Notes: generated by a model from the sequence alone, not told the origin. A DNA stretch of 64,000 nt from an uncultured Acidobacteriaceae bacterium (GCA_963732255.1 CAVSYV010000008.1:42649-106648), one strand, 5' to 3'. Counted from the first letter of the stretch, positions 1-10,432 are shown. Made by a program: numbers and translations.

Positions 1-36
1 CAGCATGGCTTACAATTACCGCTCGCGCGGCAATCA

Positions 37-831
37 GTGGGACGCAGGACTGGACTTGCAGTGAAATTTCCCCAACGCCAATTCGTCCGCAATTCGTCTT
101 TGTTTTTCTTATCAGTAATATTTGCGTGGAGCTGTTTGTGCGGCTCCGCGTTCGCCGCCACTCGCCTATCCCCACATCGTGTTCACCGACACCGGCTGCA
201 GCGACTGCATTGGACGCTGTGGAATCCCATGTTCCGTCCCTCGCATGAATCTCTATTGCTGCAAAATGCGGAGATTGATCGCCTGGAACTGCACCGCATT
301 CAGGATGACGACGAACTGGAATCGCTGAAACTCAGCGGGGATTTGCTGCCTATCATTCCCGGCGAAGCGCTGCGCTTCGATCCGCGGCTGGATCCTTCGC
401 GCCGCTACTGCCGGCCGTGGACGCGTGATTTCGTTCAGGACTTGAGCCAGGCTTATTACCACCGCTTTCACGATCAGATTCAGGTGAACTCCGCCGTACG
501 GACGGTGATGGTGCAAAAAAAGCTGCGCCGCCACAACCGCAATGCAGCTCCCTACGAGGGCGACACCGCTTCTTCGCATCTCGCCGGATTGACGGTTGAC
601 TTGCAGCGCCGGGGCATGACCAAAGAACAGATTCGCTGGACCGAGCGCTATTTGTTTTACATGAAGGCCCTGGGCCTGGTTGAACCGGAAGAAGAGCGCC
701 ACCAGTGGGTCTTCCACATTATGGTTTCGGGACGGTACGCGCAATGGCGGCAGTCGCAGACTGTCGTGCCCATGGAGCATCCAGAGAACGCGCCTGAGAC
801 TCAAGTGACTGCCGACAGCCGCGCTGAATAA
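37..831 (+). CDS. Secreted LAS/M15-like metallopeptidase-fold protein (DUF5715-like), function unknown
   Basis: 264-aa ORF with a GTG start; it may begin upstream of the window. Hydrophobic signal-like segment SSLFFLSVIFAWSCLCGSAFA. SSHLAGLTVDL resembles the SxHxxGxAxD zinc motif of VanY/M15 peptidases, with a later His in VFHIMV. Confidence 0.45.
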   Translation: MGRRTGLAVKFPQRQFVRNSSLFFLSVIFAWSCLCGSAFAATRLSPHRVHRHRLQRLHWTLWNPMFRPSHESLLLQNAEIDRLELHRIQDDDELESLKLSGDLLPIIPGEALRFDPRLDPSRRYCRPWTRDFVQDLSQAYYHRFHDQIQVNSAVRTVMVQKKLRRHNRNAAPYEGDTASSHLAGLTVDLQRRGMTKEQIRWTERYLFYMKALGLVEPEEERHQWVFHIMVSGRYAQWRQSQTVVPMEHPENAPETQVTADSRAE

Positions 832-855
832 CGCCGGTAACTCTAAACGACACCT

Positions 856-1380
856 ATGATCGTTCTGCTCGCTGGCCTTCCTGGCACTGGCAAAACCACC
901 CTAGCCCGCGAGCTTGCCGCCCGCACAAATGGCCGCGTGATCGGCAAAGACGAAGTCCGGCACGCCATTTTCCTGCCTGACGAAATCGAATATTCTGCCC
1001 AGCAAGACGATTTCTGTTTACAGGTCATTCTGGAAACCGCGGCGTACTTGCTGCGGTGCCAAGCGGATCGAATCATCTTTCTTGACGGCCGGCCTTTTTC
1101 GCGACGCTATCAGATCGACAATGTGATCGCGGCCGCTGATTCCCTGCAACAGCCCTGGCGAATTCTCGAATGCACCTGCTCGGAAGCGACTGCAAGGCGG
1201 CGACTGGAAGAACATGCCGCAATGGGTCAGCATCCGGCGGCCAATCGCAACTACGAACTCTATCTTGCGGTGAAGGACCGATACGAAGCGATCACGTTGC
1301 CCAAGACTGTGATCGATACTGGCGAACCGCTTGAGATCTGCTACAAAAAAGCGCTGGCGGCGCTGAGTTCGGCTCTGTGA
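856..1380 (+). CDS. P-loop kinase / AAA-family ATPase (small predicted kinase)
   Basis: 174-aa ORF. Walker A motif GLPGTGKTTLAREL lies at the extreme N-terminus. Size and layout are typical of gluconate-kinase/zeta-toxin-like small kinases. Confidence 0.65.
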   Translation: MIVLLAGLPGTGKTTLARELAARTNGRVIGKDEVRHAIFLPDEIEYSAQQDDFCLQVILETAAYLLRCQADRIIFLDGRPFSRRYQIDNVIAAADSLQQPWRILECTCSEATARRRLEEHAAMGQHPAANRNYELYLAVKDRYEAITLPKTVIDTGEPLEICYKKALAALSSAL

Positions 1381-1463
1381 GTTGCGATTCCCTTCCTTCT
1401 TCCCACTGCCGCCTGTACAATCGTTCACCACGAATCGATTCCGCGAGGTATCCACGCATAGTT

Positions 1464-2747
1464 ATGACCCGATATTCACGACTGATTCTTTCGCTAGTGT
1501 TTTGTTTGAGCGGCATGCTCGCTGCCGCTCAAACTTCCGCCGCGCCAACTGACGCGGGGCCCAAAGTCACGGCACGCGCCGAGGCTATCCAGGAGTCGGC
1601 TATCGTTGTCGACACCCACGCCGACACTCCACAGCGGTTTCTGGACGAAGGCTTCGACATTGGCTCGACAGATCCAAACGACGCGGGCCACATCAGTCTC
1701 GACAAAGCGCGCCGCGGACATCTGGGTGCAGAATTTTTCTCGATCTGGGTCGATCCGGAAACGAATCAAGGACATTTTGCTAAGCACACTTTCGATCTGA
1801 TCGATTCTGTCTATGAGCAAGCGGCGCTTCATCCCGACCGGATGATGATGGCGTTTTCGGTGGCCGATATTGAGCGCGCTCATAAAGAGCACAAGCTCGC
1901 CGCGCTCATGGGAATCGAAGGCGGGCACTCGATCGAAAACGATATGCACTTGCTGCGCGACTACTACCGCCTCGGCGTGCGCTACATGACGCTGTCGTGG
2001 TCTAACACCAACGAGTGGGCAGATTCATCCGGCGACATCAACGATCCAAAGGTGCAGCATCACAACGGCCTCACCGACTTTGGCAAGCAAGTCGTGCTGG
2101 AAATGAACCGCCTCGGAATGATGGTCGATATTTCCCACGTCTCTGACAAAACCTTCTGGGATACGATTGCCACGACTAAGGCGCCGGTGATCGCGTCGCA
2201 TTCGTCGGCGCGTGCGCTCGTCAATGCGCCGCGGAACATGACCGACGATATGCTGCGTGCCGTTGCCAAGAACGGCGGCGTGGTGCAGGTAAATTTCTTC
2301 AGCGGCTTCGACGACGAAACTTTTCGTAAACGGGCCAATGACCAGGAGAAAGATCAGGCGGCGGCGATACAGAAATATGTCGATCATCTGAAAGCCGACG
2401 GAAAGCCAATTAACTACGTGGAAGTTGACCGCATCGAACGCGAATGGATGGCGATGATTCCGCGGCCACCTTTTCACGTGCTGATCGACCACATTGATCA
2501 CATCGCGAAGGTGGCCGGGATCGATCACGTTGGCCTGGGATCAGATTTCGACGGCGTCAGCGGGGCCACGCCTCTGGGCATGGATTCTGCCGCCGATCTG
2601 CCTAAGATTACGCAGGGGCTGCTCGATCGCGGCTACAGCGAAAAGGACATTCGCAAGATTCTAGGTGGAAATTTATTGCGCGTGTTTGCCGAAGTGGAAA
2701 GAGTGAGTAAGAACAGTGGCCAGTGGTCAGTGCCTGGTGGTCAGTAA
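1464..2747 (+). CDS. Membrane dipeptidase, peptidase family M19
   Basis: M19 hallmarks: VVDTHADTP, GIEGGHSIEND, LGVRYMTLSWSNTNEWADS, VDISHVSDKTFWD, IASHSSARAL, GLGSDFDG. Start moved to the ATG at 1464 (MTRYSRLILSLVFCLSGMLAAAQ, a signal peptide) instead of the ORF-track start at 1377. Confidence 0.9.
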   Translation: MTRYSRLILSLVFCLSGMLAAAQTSAAPTDAGPKVTARAEAIQESAIVVDTHADTPQRFLDEGFDIGSTDPNDAGHISLDKARRGHLGAEFFSIWVDPETNQGHFAKHTFDLIDSVYEQAALHPDRMMMAFSVADIERAHKEHKLAALMGIEGGHSIENDMHLLRDYYRLGVRYMTLSWSNTNEWADSSGDINDPKVQHHNGLTDFGKQVVLEMNRLGMMVDISHVSDKTFWDTIATTKAPVIASHSSARALVNAPRNMTDDMLRAVAKNGGVVQVNFFSGFDDETFRKRANDQEKDQAAAIQKYVDHLKADGKPINYVEVDRIEREWMAMIPRPPFHVLIDHIDHIAKVAGIDHVGLGSDFDGVSGATPLGMDSAADLPKITQGLLDRGYSEKDIRKILGGNLLRVFAEVERVSKNSGQWSVPGGQ

Positions 2748-2802
2748 GAGTTCTCAGGAACAGGATGCTCGTACTGATCACTGGCCACTGATCACTGGCC
2801 AC
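2716..2802. terminator. Long imperfect inverted repeat (31-nt arms, 26/31 complementary) between convergent genes; probable bidirectional terminator or REP-like element
   Basis: Left arm gtggccagtggtcagtgcctggtggtcagta (2716-2746). Right arm tactgatcactggccactgatcactggccac (2772-2802). Each arm is itself a tandem of a ~15-nt unit. The left arm encodes the last 10 codons and the stop of the dipeptidase. Confidence 0.4.
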
Positions 2803-2809
2803 GGCTTTT

Positions 2810-3928
2810 CTACGTCCAGCGGAACCACTTGAGCGCCAGCAGAAAGCAGATCACTCCCCATAATCCCATAATTAGCAGGCGTGACCCTTGGTGCAGCAGC
2901 GGCGTTCCTTCGAGAATGCAGGCTCGCAGCGCGTCGTTCAGCGCGGTCAATGGCAGGAGTTTGATTAGGGGTTGAACGACTGCGGGAAAGCGTTCGTAGG
3001 AAAAAAATACCCCCGAAAAAATCCACATTGGCATCATGACTAGGTTGATCAATCCGCTGATGCTTTCGATCTTGCGGGCGCGGCTGGCAGTGAGCAGTCC
3101 TATGGCGCCAAAGCAAAGAGACCCCAAACTACCCAGCAAGGCGATGGACAATATCGACCCGAGCACCCGCATGTGAAACACGCACACGCCAAACACCAGC
3201 AAAAGACCAACCTCAATCACCATCAGGATCAGCCGACTGGACATAAGCGCCAGAAGAAAATCTCCGCAACGCATGGGCGTGGCTACGAAACGCTTGAGCA
3301 GTTTGCGCTGGCGCATGTCCACCAGGGCAAAGCCGATACCCCACATACCGGAGTTCATCAGATTCATTCCCAACAGGCCGGGGATCAGGAAGTCGATGTA
3401 GCGCGAACCGGGCTCGGACGAGGTCACAGTGGTCGTAGCCACGGCGTCTTTGCGGCCGGCGGCGGCCTGTAGCGCGTCATCGACTTGCGAGCGCGCAAGG
3501 ACACTTTCCGGACGCGCGGGATCATAGCGATACTTGAATCCGCCGTTGCCGGGGTGTTCTATCACCAGATCGTATTTGCCCAGCCGGAATCCTTTTTGAG
3601 CGTCGGCGGAGTCAACAATGTTTATCTTGGAATGTGCAAACAGCGGAGAACGCCGCAGTACCAATTCCACATTCTTTGATTGCGCGCCATCGACAATCGC
3701 AACTGGAGAGGCCGTGGGTTCCGGCTTGTTGCGAAAGGCAATGCCCAGCCCCAGCGCCAGCAACAGAGGAAAAACGAAAACCCAGAAGACGACCTCGGGC
3801 TCGCGCTTCAATTCCAACATGCGAGCGGTCAGGAGATGCGCATATCCTGCCCAGCGGCCGTTGCGGCAAACAGTTGGCCGCACGGTAAGATTCTTGATGG
3901 TCGCGGGCTCGGTTTGCGTGGTACTCAT
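2810..3928 (-). CDS. ABC-2 type transporter permease
   Basis: 372-aa ORF with a long periplasmic loop after TM1 and five C-terminal TM helices. Same strand and directly downstream of an ABC ATPase, as in DrrAB/YadGH-type exporters. Confidence 0.8.
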   Translation of the reverse strand: MSTTQTEPATIKNLTVRPTVCRNGRWAGYAHLLTARMLELKREPEVVFWVFVFPLLLALGLGIAFRNKPEPTASPVAIVDGAQSKNVELVLRRSPLFAHSKINIVDSADAQKGFRLGKYDLVIEHPGNGGFKYRYDPARPESVLARSQVDDALQAAAGRKDAVATTTVTSSEPGSRYIDFLIPGLLGMNLMNSGMWGIGFALVDMRQRKLLKRFVATPMRCGDFLLALMSSRLILMVIEVGLLLVFGVCVFHMRVLGSILSIALLGSLGSLCFGAIGLLTASRARKIESISGLINLVMMPMWIFSGVFFSYERFPAVVQPLIKLLPLTALNDALRACILEGTPLLHQGSRLLIMGLWGVICFLLALKWFRWT

Positions 3929-3938
3929 AAACTGACTC

Positions 3939-4787
3939 CTAGCGGCTCTCCGGCTTCCATCGATTCAAAAACGCCAGCAGCACATCGGGCGTAAGACTGC
4001 GAGCATCTTCAAACTCGCCATTTTTCTGGCTGACGACGAGTTTGCCGTCGCTATCGGCGACAGCGAGCGCCGGTATTCCTTTGTTCAAAGGAATATCAAA
4101 TTGCTGCACGAGGTCAGCATTTTTCTTCTCGTCGTCACCGAGATCGATATGCACGACTTCATATCCGGCTTGAAGAATTGGCGCCAGGTCAGGACCTTGA
4201 AAAGCAAGGTCGAGGACATGGCAGTCATAGCACCAATTTGCGCCAAAGACGAGAAGCAGCCGCTTGTGGCCGGCTGCCGCCTTTTCTTCCGCCTCTCGGA
4301 CTTCGGCGTGAGCATCGGCGTTGGGCGGATAAATTTCCTTCTTCATGTCGGAAGGTTGTTTCAGCTGCGGAGCATCGGTCCGTTCGGCGCCTTTAATTCG
4401 CCATTGGTCGCCTTGCTTCTGCCACGATGCCGCATAGGTGACGTTAATGGTCTTCCCGCTCGCCGCGGAATCAACCCCGGCCTTGAAAATGATGCCGTGG
4501 CGATCCGGATGATCGGTCTCGCGCACAATTACCAGATTTAGACTGCGCGCTTTCAGGGCCGTCCAGAATTTCGCATCGCCATCTGCATCGGTCTTGACCC
4601 CGTCAGCTTCGATTTCGGCTGCGGGATCTGAGCTGTATAGCGCTCTCAAAGCCGCTGGATTGCCAGCGATGACGGCGTTCTTCCATTGCTCTAGCGGAGC
4701 GAAGTTGGATGATGTTGGCGACTGGCTCCATGCAGGGCAAGTCAGAGCAATAGAAAGAGCAACACTAAGCTTTACATTCCGGTTCAT
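3939..4787 (-). CDS. Secreted two-domain protein: NTF2/SnoaL-like (DUF4440-like) N-domain plus thioredoxin-fold C-domain (WCYDC)
   Basis: Start set at the internal ATG (MNRNVKLSVALSIALTCPAWSQ, a signal peptide). The C-terminal LLLVFGANWCYDCHVLD is a CxxC thioredoxin-like motif. The N-terminal half has an NTF2-like pattern (WKNAVIAGNPAALRALYSSD...WQKQGDQWRI). Confidence 0.6.
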   Translation of the reverse strand: MNRNVKLSVALSIALTCPAWSQSPTSSNFAPLEQWKNAVIAGNPAALRALYSSDPAAEIEADGVKTDADGDAKFWTALKARSLNLVIVRETDHPDRHGIIFKAGVDSAASGKTINVTYAASWQKQGDQWRIKGAERTDAPQLKQPSDMKKEIYPPNADAHAEVREAEEKAAAGHKRLLLVFGANWCYDCHVLDLAFQGPDLAPILQAGYEVVHIDLGDDEKKNADLVQQFDIPLNKGIPALAVADSDGKLVVSQKNGEFEDARSLTPDVLLAFLNRWKPESR

Positions 4788-4922
4788 AGAAATCCTTCCC
4801 CAACTTCGTTTTGCAGGTACGCTGGCGACGTCTGTCGCCTTAAAGCCTAAAGCCGCATAACGCACCCGCTTTTATCGGCACGGCTGAAGCTGTGCCCTTC
4901 CCAGTCCGCACAAAACCCTTTA

Positions 4923-5852
4923 TCACTCTTCCCGCAGATGCCGTCCCGTCAGCCGAACGAATACGTCTTCTAAACTGGCTTGCCGAGTGGTCAGGTGCTC
5001 CAGGGTATTCCCCTGCTGCTTGATGGCGTCGAGCAGGGCAGGAATCGTCAGATGCGGCTCTTTCACATTCAGCGAAATGAGCCCATCATCATGCAGAACG
5101 GATTCGACTCCGGGCAATCGCTCCCAGCCCGCACGTGCTGCCCCGTTGGTTTCGCCCACTGCAAACTCGACCACGTGATGGCCACCCAGCCGCTCGATCA
5201 AATCCGGCGGTGAACCTTCGGCGATGATCTGCCCATGATCGACAATTGCCAAGCGGTCGCACAGGCGCTCGGCTTCATCCATGTAATGAGTGGTGAGCAA
5301 GACCGTGCCACCGTCGCGCTGGAATCCGCGAATGATATCCCATAACTGGCGGCGGCTTTGCGGATCTAGGCCGGTGGTCGGTTCGTCTAAGAATAAAATC
5401 TTCGGATTGCAAACCAAGGCGGTCGCCACCGCCAGCCGCTGCCGCTGTCCGCCGGAAAGCTTGCCCACCCAGGCGTCCGCTTTTTCCGTCAACTCCAATT
5501 GCTCCAAAACTTCGTCGGAAGAACGCGGCTCGCGATAGAAGCTGGCGAATAGTTCGACGGTCTCGCGAACGCTGAGTTTTTCCGAGAGGCGCGTTTCCTG
5601 CAAGGAAACTCCCAGCCACTCGCGCAGCTCGCGCTCGTCTTGCTGCCAGGTGTGTCCGAGGATTGAAACGTCGCCGGAAGTTGGGTCGAGTAAGCCTTCC
5701 AGAATTTCAATGGTCGTCGTCTTCCCCGCGCCGTTGGGGCCGAGCAAGCCGAAGCATTCGCCCGCCTGAATTTCCAGATTCAGGCCGCGCACGGCTTCGA
5801 CCTTGCCGTCGTAGGTCTTGCGCAGATTGCGGCATTGGATGGCGGCGGGCAT
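4923..5852 (-). CDS. ABC transporter ATP-binding protein (ABC-2/DrrA-type)
   Basis: Walker A GPNGAGKTT, signature LSGGQRQRL, Walker B ILFLDEPTTGLD, H-loop TTHYMDEA. Confidence 0.9.
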   Translation of the reverse strand: MPAAIQCRNLRKTYDGKVEAVRGLNLEIQAGECFGLLGPNGAGKTTTIEILEGLLDPTSGDVSILGHTWQQDERELREWLGVSLQETRLSEKLSVRETVELFASFYREPRSSDEVLEQLELTEKADAWVGKLSGGQRQRLAVATALVCNPKILFLDEPTTGLDPQSRRQLWDIIRGFQRDGGTVLLTTHYMDEAERLCDRLAIVDHGQIIAEGSPPDLIERLGGHHVVEFAVGETNGAARAGWERLPGVESVLHDDGLISLNVKEPHLTIPALLDAIKQQGNTLEHLTTRQASLEDVFVRLTGRHLREE

Positions 5853-5995
5853 GGCTGAGATTTTACCGGAAGGCCGTGGGCTGCGCTTTGCGAAGTGGCA
5901 TTAGACCGAGATCTTTCGCTCCGCCTGTAGAACGGCTACGCTCGGGTGACAATGTGGTGGTGGGATCGGCCATCATGCGTAGAAGTTCTCTGCCG

Positions 5996-6001
5996 TATAA
6001 T
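5996..6001 (+). promoter_or_regulatory. Possible -10 box (TATAAT) upstream of uvrA
   Basis: Perfect TATAAT about 80 nt upstream of the uvrA ATG, inside a small hairpin (ctgccg...cggcag). No convincing -35 box or LexA box was seen. Confidence 0.2.
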
Positions 6002-6080
6002 GAAAAGATTCGGCAGTCCTCGCAGAAGCTCCTGAGTGGGGTTCCGCTCGCGAAAATAGCTTAGCTGCTGCCTTCACTCG

Positions 6081-9060
6081 ATGTCCACAGAAAGCATTGT
6101 CGTACGCGGTGCACGCGTTCATAACCTCAAGAACATTGATTTTGAGGTTCCGCACAATACGTTGACCGTGGTTACCGGTGTCTCCGGCTCCGGCAAATCG
6201 TCGCTGGCGTTCGACACGATTTACGCCGAAGGGCAGCGGCGGTATGTAGAGTCTTTATCGGCCTATGCGCGGCAGTTTCTGGAGCGCATCGAAAAACCCG
6301 ATGCCGACATGATCGATGGCATCGCCCCGGCGGTGGCGATCCGGCAGAAGAATACGACTCGCAATCCGCGCTCTACGGTGGCGACGGCAACCGAGATCTA
6401 CGACTACTTGCGGCTGTTGTTTGCCCGCGTGGGACGCACTTACTGCGCGAACTGCGGCGGCGAAGTCAAGAAAGATACAGTCGATGAAGTCGCCGATAAG
6501 ATTTTGGCGCTCGACCCTGACACACGGCTTCAGGTTTTCTTTCCTCTGCAGCAATCGTTAGCAAAGACGCCGGATAGGGCGAAGGGGCCGAAATCTGGCC
6601 GGACGCCGCGCAAGAGCAAGAAACAATCCGCGGTGGCGGTTACGCAGTTGAGCGAAGCAATCAAAACGCGCCTGTTCGAGTTACGCAAAGCCGGATTTAA
6701 CCGCATCTATCAGGCGGGGCAGGTATTTGAGTTTTCTACTCCGGAATCTTTGCTGGATATCGATTTCAGCCAGAGCGTCTGGATCCTCGTGGACCGATTG
6801 ACGGTCTCGGCGGAGTCACGTTCGCGCATTGTGGATGCGGTCGAAACTGCATATCGCGAAAGCGGCGAGGTGATTTTTGAAATCCCGCCCTATGACGATC
6901 GGCCAGCAAGGCAACTGGTTTTTTCCCAGCGATTTGAATGCAAGAAGTGCGGCTTGCGATACGAGGAACCCGAGCCTAGGCTATTTTCGTTCAACAATCC
7001 TTATGGGGCGTGCCCGCGCTGCCAGGGATTCGGTAACACGATCGACTTCGATCTGAGCCTGGTGATTCCCGATCCGGCGAAGACGCTGGCCGAGGGCGCG
7101 ATTGAACCCTGGACCAAGCCAAAGTATCGTCCCCTTTTTACCGAACTGAGGCGCTTTGCCAAGCAGGAAGGAATTCCGCTTGACGTTCCCTGGGCCGATC
7201 TTAACTGCGAACAGCAGGCGATGGTTCTGGATGGAGACGGCAAGTTTCCCGGCGTGCGTGGATTCTTCAATCATCTGGAACGCAAGAAATATAAATTGCA
7301 CGTGCGCGTTTTCCTCAGCCGATACCGCGGGTTATTCGCAGTGCTCGGAGTGCAGGGGCAGCCGTTTGCGGCTGGAAGCACGGCAGGTGAAGATCAATGG
7401 CAAGAATATTTGTGAAGTCTGCGCCATGACAGTGCAAGATGCGGCGACGTTTTTCAGCGGCGTCAAGTTAAGCGCAGAGGAAACAGAGATCGCCGACAAA
7501 TTGTTGCAGGAGATTCGCGAGCGCCTGCGCTTCTTGAACGATGTGGGGCTGGAGTATTTGACGCTCGACCGGCTGTCATCGACGCTTTCGGGCGGAGAAG
7601 CGCAACGCATTCAGTTAGCAACTTCGCTGGGATCGCGGCTGGTGGGAACGCTGTATGTGCTGGACGAACCTTCAATCGGGCTCCATGCGCGCGACACGCA
7701 CCGGCTAATTCGTATTCTTCACGACTTGCGCAATCTGGGCAACACGATTCTGGTGGTCGAGCACGATCCAGATATTATGCGGGCCTCAGATCGCATTTTG
7801 GATATGGGACCGGGCGCGGGTGAAAACGGCGGCAAACTTGTGGCGGAAGGTACGTTTGAAGAAATTCGCGACAATGCAACGTCGCTGACCGGCCGTTATC
7901 TGGCGGAAGATCTCCGGATTCAAGCACCGGCGACGCGGCGTAAGCCGGGAGTGAAGCAAATTACCGTGCGCGGAGCGCGGGCGCATAACTTGAAAGGCGT
8001 CGATGTGAGTGTTCCGCTGGGCATGCTCGTGGCGATCACGGGAGTTTCCGGGTCCGGAAAGTCGACGCTTCTGCACCAAGTGTTATTTCAGGCTCTGTCG
8101 CAGGCGAAGAAACAGGCGGGCAACGGCAATGCGCCTGCGAACGTGACTTCACATGCAAGCTGGGAGAGCATCGAAGGGGATGAGTTTATCGACGAAGTGG
8201 TGCTGGTGGATCAATCCCCCATCGGCCGGACGCCGCGATCGAATCCTGTCACATATATCAAGGCGTTTGACGCCATCCGCGATCTGTTTGCTTCCCTGCC
8301 CGAGTCGAAGAAGCGCGGCTTTAGCGCCGGACACTTTTCATTCAATATTCCCGGCGGACGCTGCGAAAATTGCCAGGGCGATGGCACAGTTACGGTGGAA
8401 ATGCAGTTTCTTGCCGATGTGGAATTGATTTGCGAGGAGTGCAAAGGCACGCGTTACAAGCCGCAGGTGCTGGAGGTTCGCTACCGGGGCAAGAATATTC
8501 ATGAAGTATTGAATTTGACGGTGAAAGAAGCGTTGAAGTTTTTTGCCGAGGCGCCGAAGATCACGGAAAAGTTGCGTAGCCTGGAGGAGGTTGGGCTGGG
8601 ATATTTGCGTTTAGGGCAGTCTGCCACGACGCTATCGGGCGGCGAGGCGCAACGCATGAAGCTGGCCGCTCACTTGCAACCAGCGGAGCGAGCGGGAAGA
8701 CTGGGAGCCGGACGCGGAGAAGCGCGGAGCAGGCCTCGGCTGCTTTATATTTTTGACGAGCCGACGACCGGCCTGCACTTCGACGACGTGAGCAAGCTGC
8801 TCGCCGCCTTTCGCCGGCTGATTGAAGTTGGTGGATCGATTGTGGTGATTGAGCATAATCTGGAAGTGATCAAGACGGCGGACTGGGTAATCGACCTTGG
8901 TCCAGAAGGCGGCGCGTTGGGCGGCGAGATCGTGGGTGTGGGACCGCCGGAAGCGATTGCAGAAATATCTGGATCCTATACTGGCCGTTATCTGGCGCAT
9001 CTTTTGAATGGAAATGGCGTGAATGGAAATGACCCCGGACGATCGAATGGGCGTTCGTAG
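6081..9060 (+). pseudogene. uvrA: Excinuclease ABC subunit A (UvrA), reading frame interrupted by a +1 frameshift near 7329-7331
   Basis: ORF 6081..7415 carries [34 protein letters not shown], the zinc modules and PRLFSFNNPYGACPRCQGFG, up to FLSRYRG. ORF 7156..9060 in the next frame resumes at YSQCSECRGSRLRLEA and continues with LSGGEAQRIQLA, a second [19 protein letters not shown] and LSGGEAQRMKLA. Removing one G from the ggg run restores a protein of about 993 aa. Confidence 0.85.
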
Positions 9061-9070
9061 GTTTGTGTGG

Positions 9071-10432
9071 ATGATGGCCGCCACGTTCACTATTTTCTGT
9101 TCAATTGCCAGCGCTCAAAATAGCTCTGTTCCCTCTTCCCCATCGTCCAACGAAGCCCAATCGTCCGACCAAACTATTCACGAAAAGACCGGGCCCGATT
9201 CCAGCCGCACCATCCACCACATAAGAGTTGAGGAATCGGAACAGCTGCCGGAGCTGACCCAGGCAGAAGCGCTCATTCAAAAGCATGATGACGCGGCAGC
9301 CGAACCTTTGCTACTGAAAACGGTGGGCCGTGAGCCGGCAAACTATGAAGCATGGTTTGACCTGGGGTTCGTGGAAAACGGACTGGGAAAAATAAACGAT
9401 TCAATTGCTGCGTATCGCAAGTCGGTGGCGGCGAAACCCGATGTTTTCGAATCCAACCTGAACTTGGGCCTGCAGCTCGCCAAGATCGGGCAGCCGGACG
9501 CAGAACAATTTCTTCGCGCCGCCACGCAGCTCAAACCAACAAGTCACGTTGCCGAAGGCCAGTATCGAGCCTGGCTTTCATTGGGGCACGTGCTCGAGAC
9601 ATCGAAGCCCGAGGAAGCGGCAGCGGCTTACGCAAAAGCTGCGGCTTTGCAGCCAAATGAGGCCGAGCCACACGCCGCGGCTGCGCAAATGTTCGAAGCG
9701 CAGAAGCGATACGGCGATGCTGAAAAGGAATATGAGGCGGCACTGGCCCTCGATCCTCACTCGGACGCGCTCACCGGTCTGGCCAATATCTCCATGCAGG
9801 AGCGCCATTTCCCTGAAGCCGAAAAATATCTGCGGGAGTTGGTCAAGCTGCATCCGGAAGAAGCTTCCGCTCACATTCAATTAGGGAGGGTCCTTGCCGC
9901 GCAAGGCCAGAATGATGATGCCATCGCGGAATTGCAATCTGGCGTGAAAATGGCGCCCAGCGATCTCACGGCACAAAGCGATTTGGCAGAAACTTACGTG
10001 GCGGCGGGGAAGAACGATCAAGCAGAGATAGCATATCGCGCGCTGTCCGCGGCGCATCCGCAGGATGCCAGCCTGCACCGGACGCTGGGACAGGCATTGC
10101 TTCGTGAGAAGAACTTTCCCCTCGCACAACAGGAGTTTCTGACCGCGATCAAGCTCAAGCCCGATCTCGGCGAGGCATACGGGGATTTGGCGTTCGCGGC
10201 GAGCGAGAACAGGGACTATCCTCTGACCCTCAAGGCTCTGGATGTACGCGCCAAATTTTTGCCGGAAGTTCCTCTCACATATTTTCTGCGGGCGTCGGCT
10301 CTGGATCATTTGAAAGACATGAAGAAGGCCGCTGCGAATTATCGGCTCTTCCTCCAAGTGGCGCAGGGGAAGTATCCTGATCAGGAATGGCAGGCGAAGC
10401 ATCGGCTGATAGCCATCGAGCCGAAGAAATAG
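9071..10432 (+). CDS. Secreted tetratricopeptide-repeat (TPR) protein
   Basis: Start set at MMAATFTIFCSIASAQ (signal peptide). Multiple 34-aa TPR-like units follow (AWFDLGFVENGLGKINDSIAAYRKSVAAKPD, AHIQLGRVLAAQGQNDDAIAELQSGVKMAP, and others). Confidence 0.8.
   Translation: MMAATFTIFCSIASAQNSSVPSSPSSNEAQSSDQTIHEKTGPDSSRTIHHIRVEESEQLPELTQAEALIQKHDDAAAEPLLLKTVGREPANYEAWFDLGFVENGLGKINDSIAAYRKSVAAKPDVFESNLNLGLQLAKIGQPDAEQFLRAATQLKPTSHVAEGQYRAWLSLGHVLETSKPEEAAAAYAKAAALQPNEAEPHAAAAQMFEAQKRYGDAEKEYEAALALDPHSDALTGLANISMQERHFPEAEKYLRELVKLHPEEASAHIQLGRVLAAQGQNDDAIAELQSGVKMAPSDLTAQSDLAETYVAAGKNDQAEIAYRALSAAHPQDASLHRTLGQALLREKNFPLAQQEFLTAIKLKPDLGEAYGDLAFAASENRDYPLTLKALDVRAKFLPEVPLTYFLRASALDHLKDMKKAAANYRLFLQVAQGKYPDQEWQAKHRLIAIEPKK

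Noticed and set aside
5853-6080. LexA/SOS box upstream of uvrA
   Set aside because: CTGT-N8-ACAG, GTTC-N7-GTTC and similar palindromes were looked for. Only partial matches exist (ctgtagaacggctacg). None is convincing.
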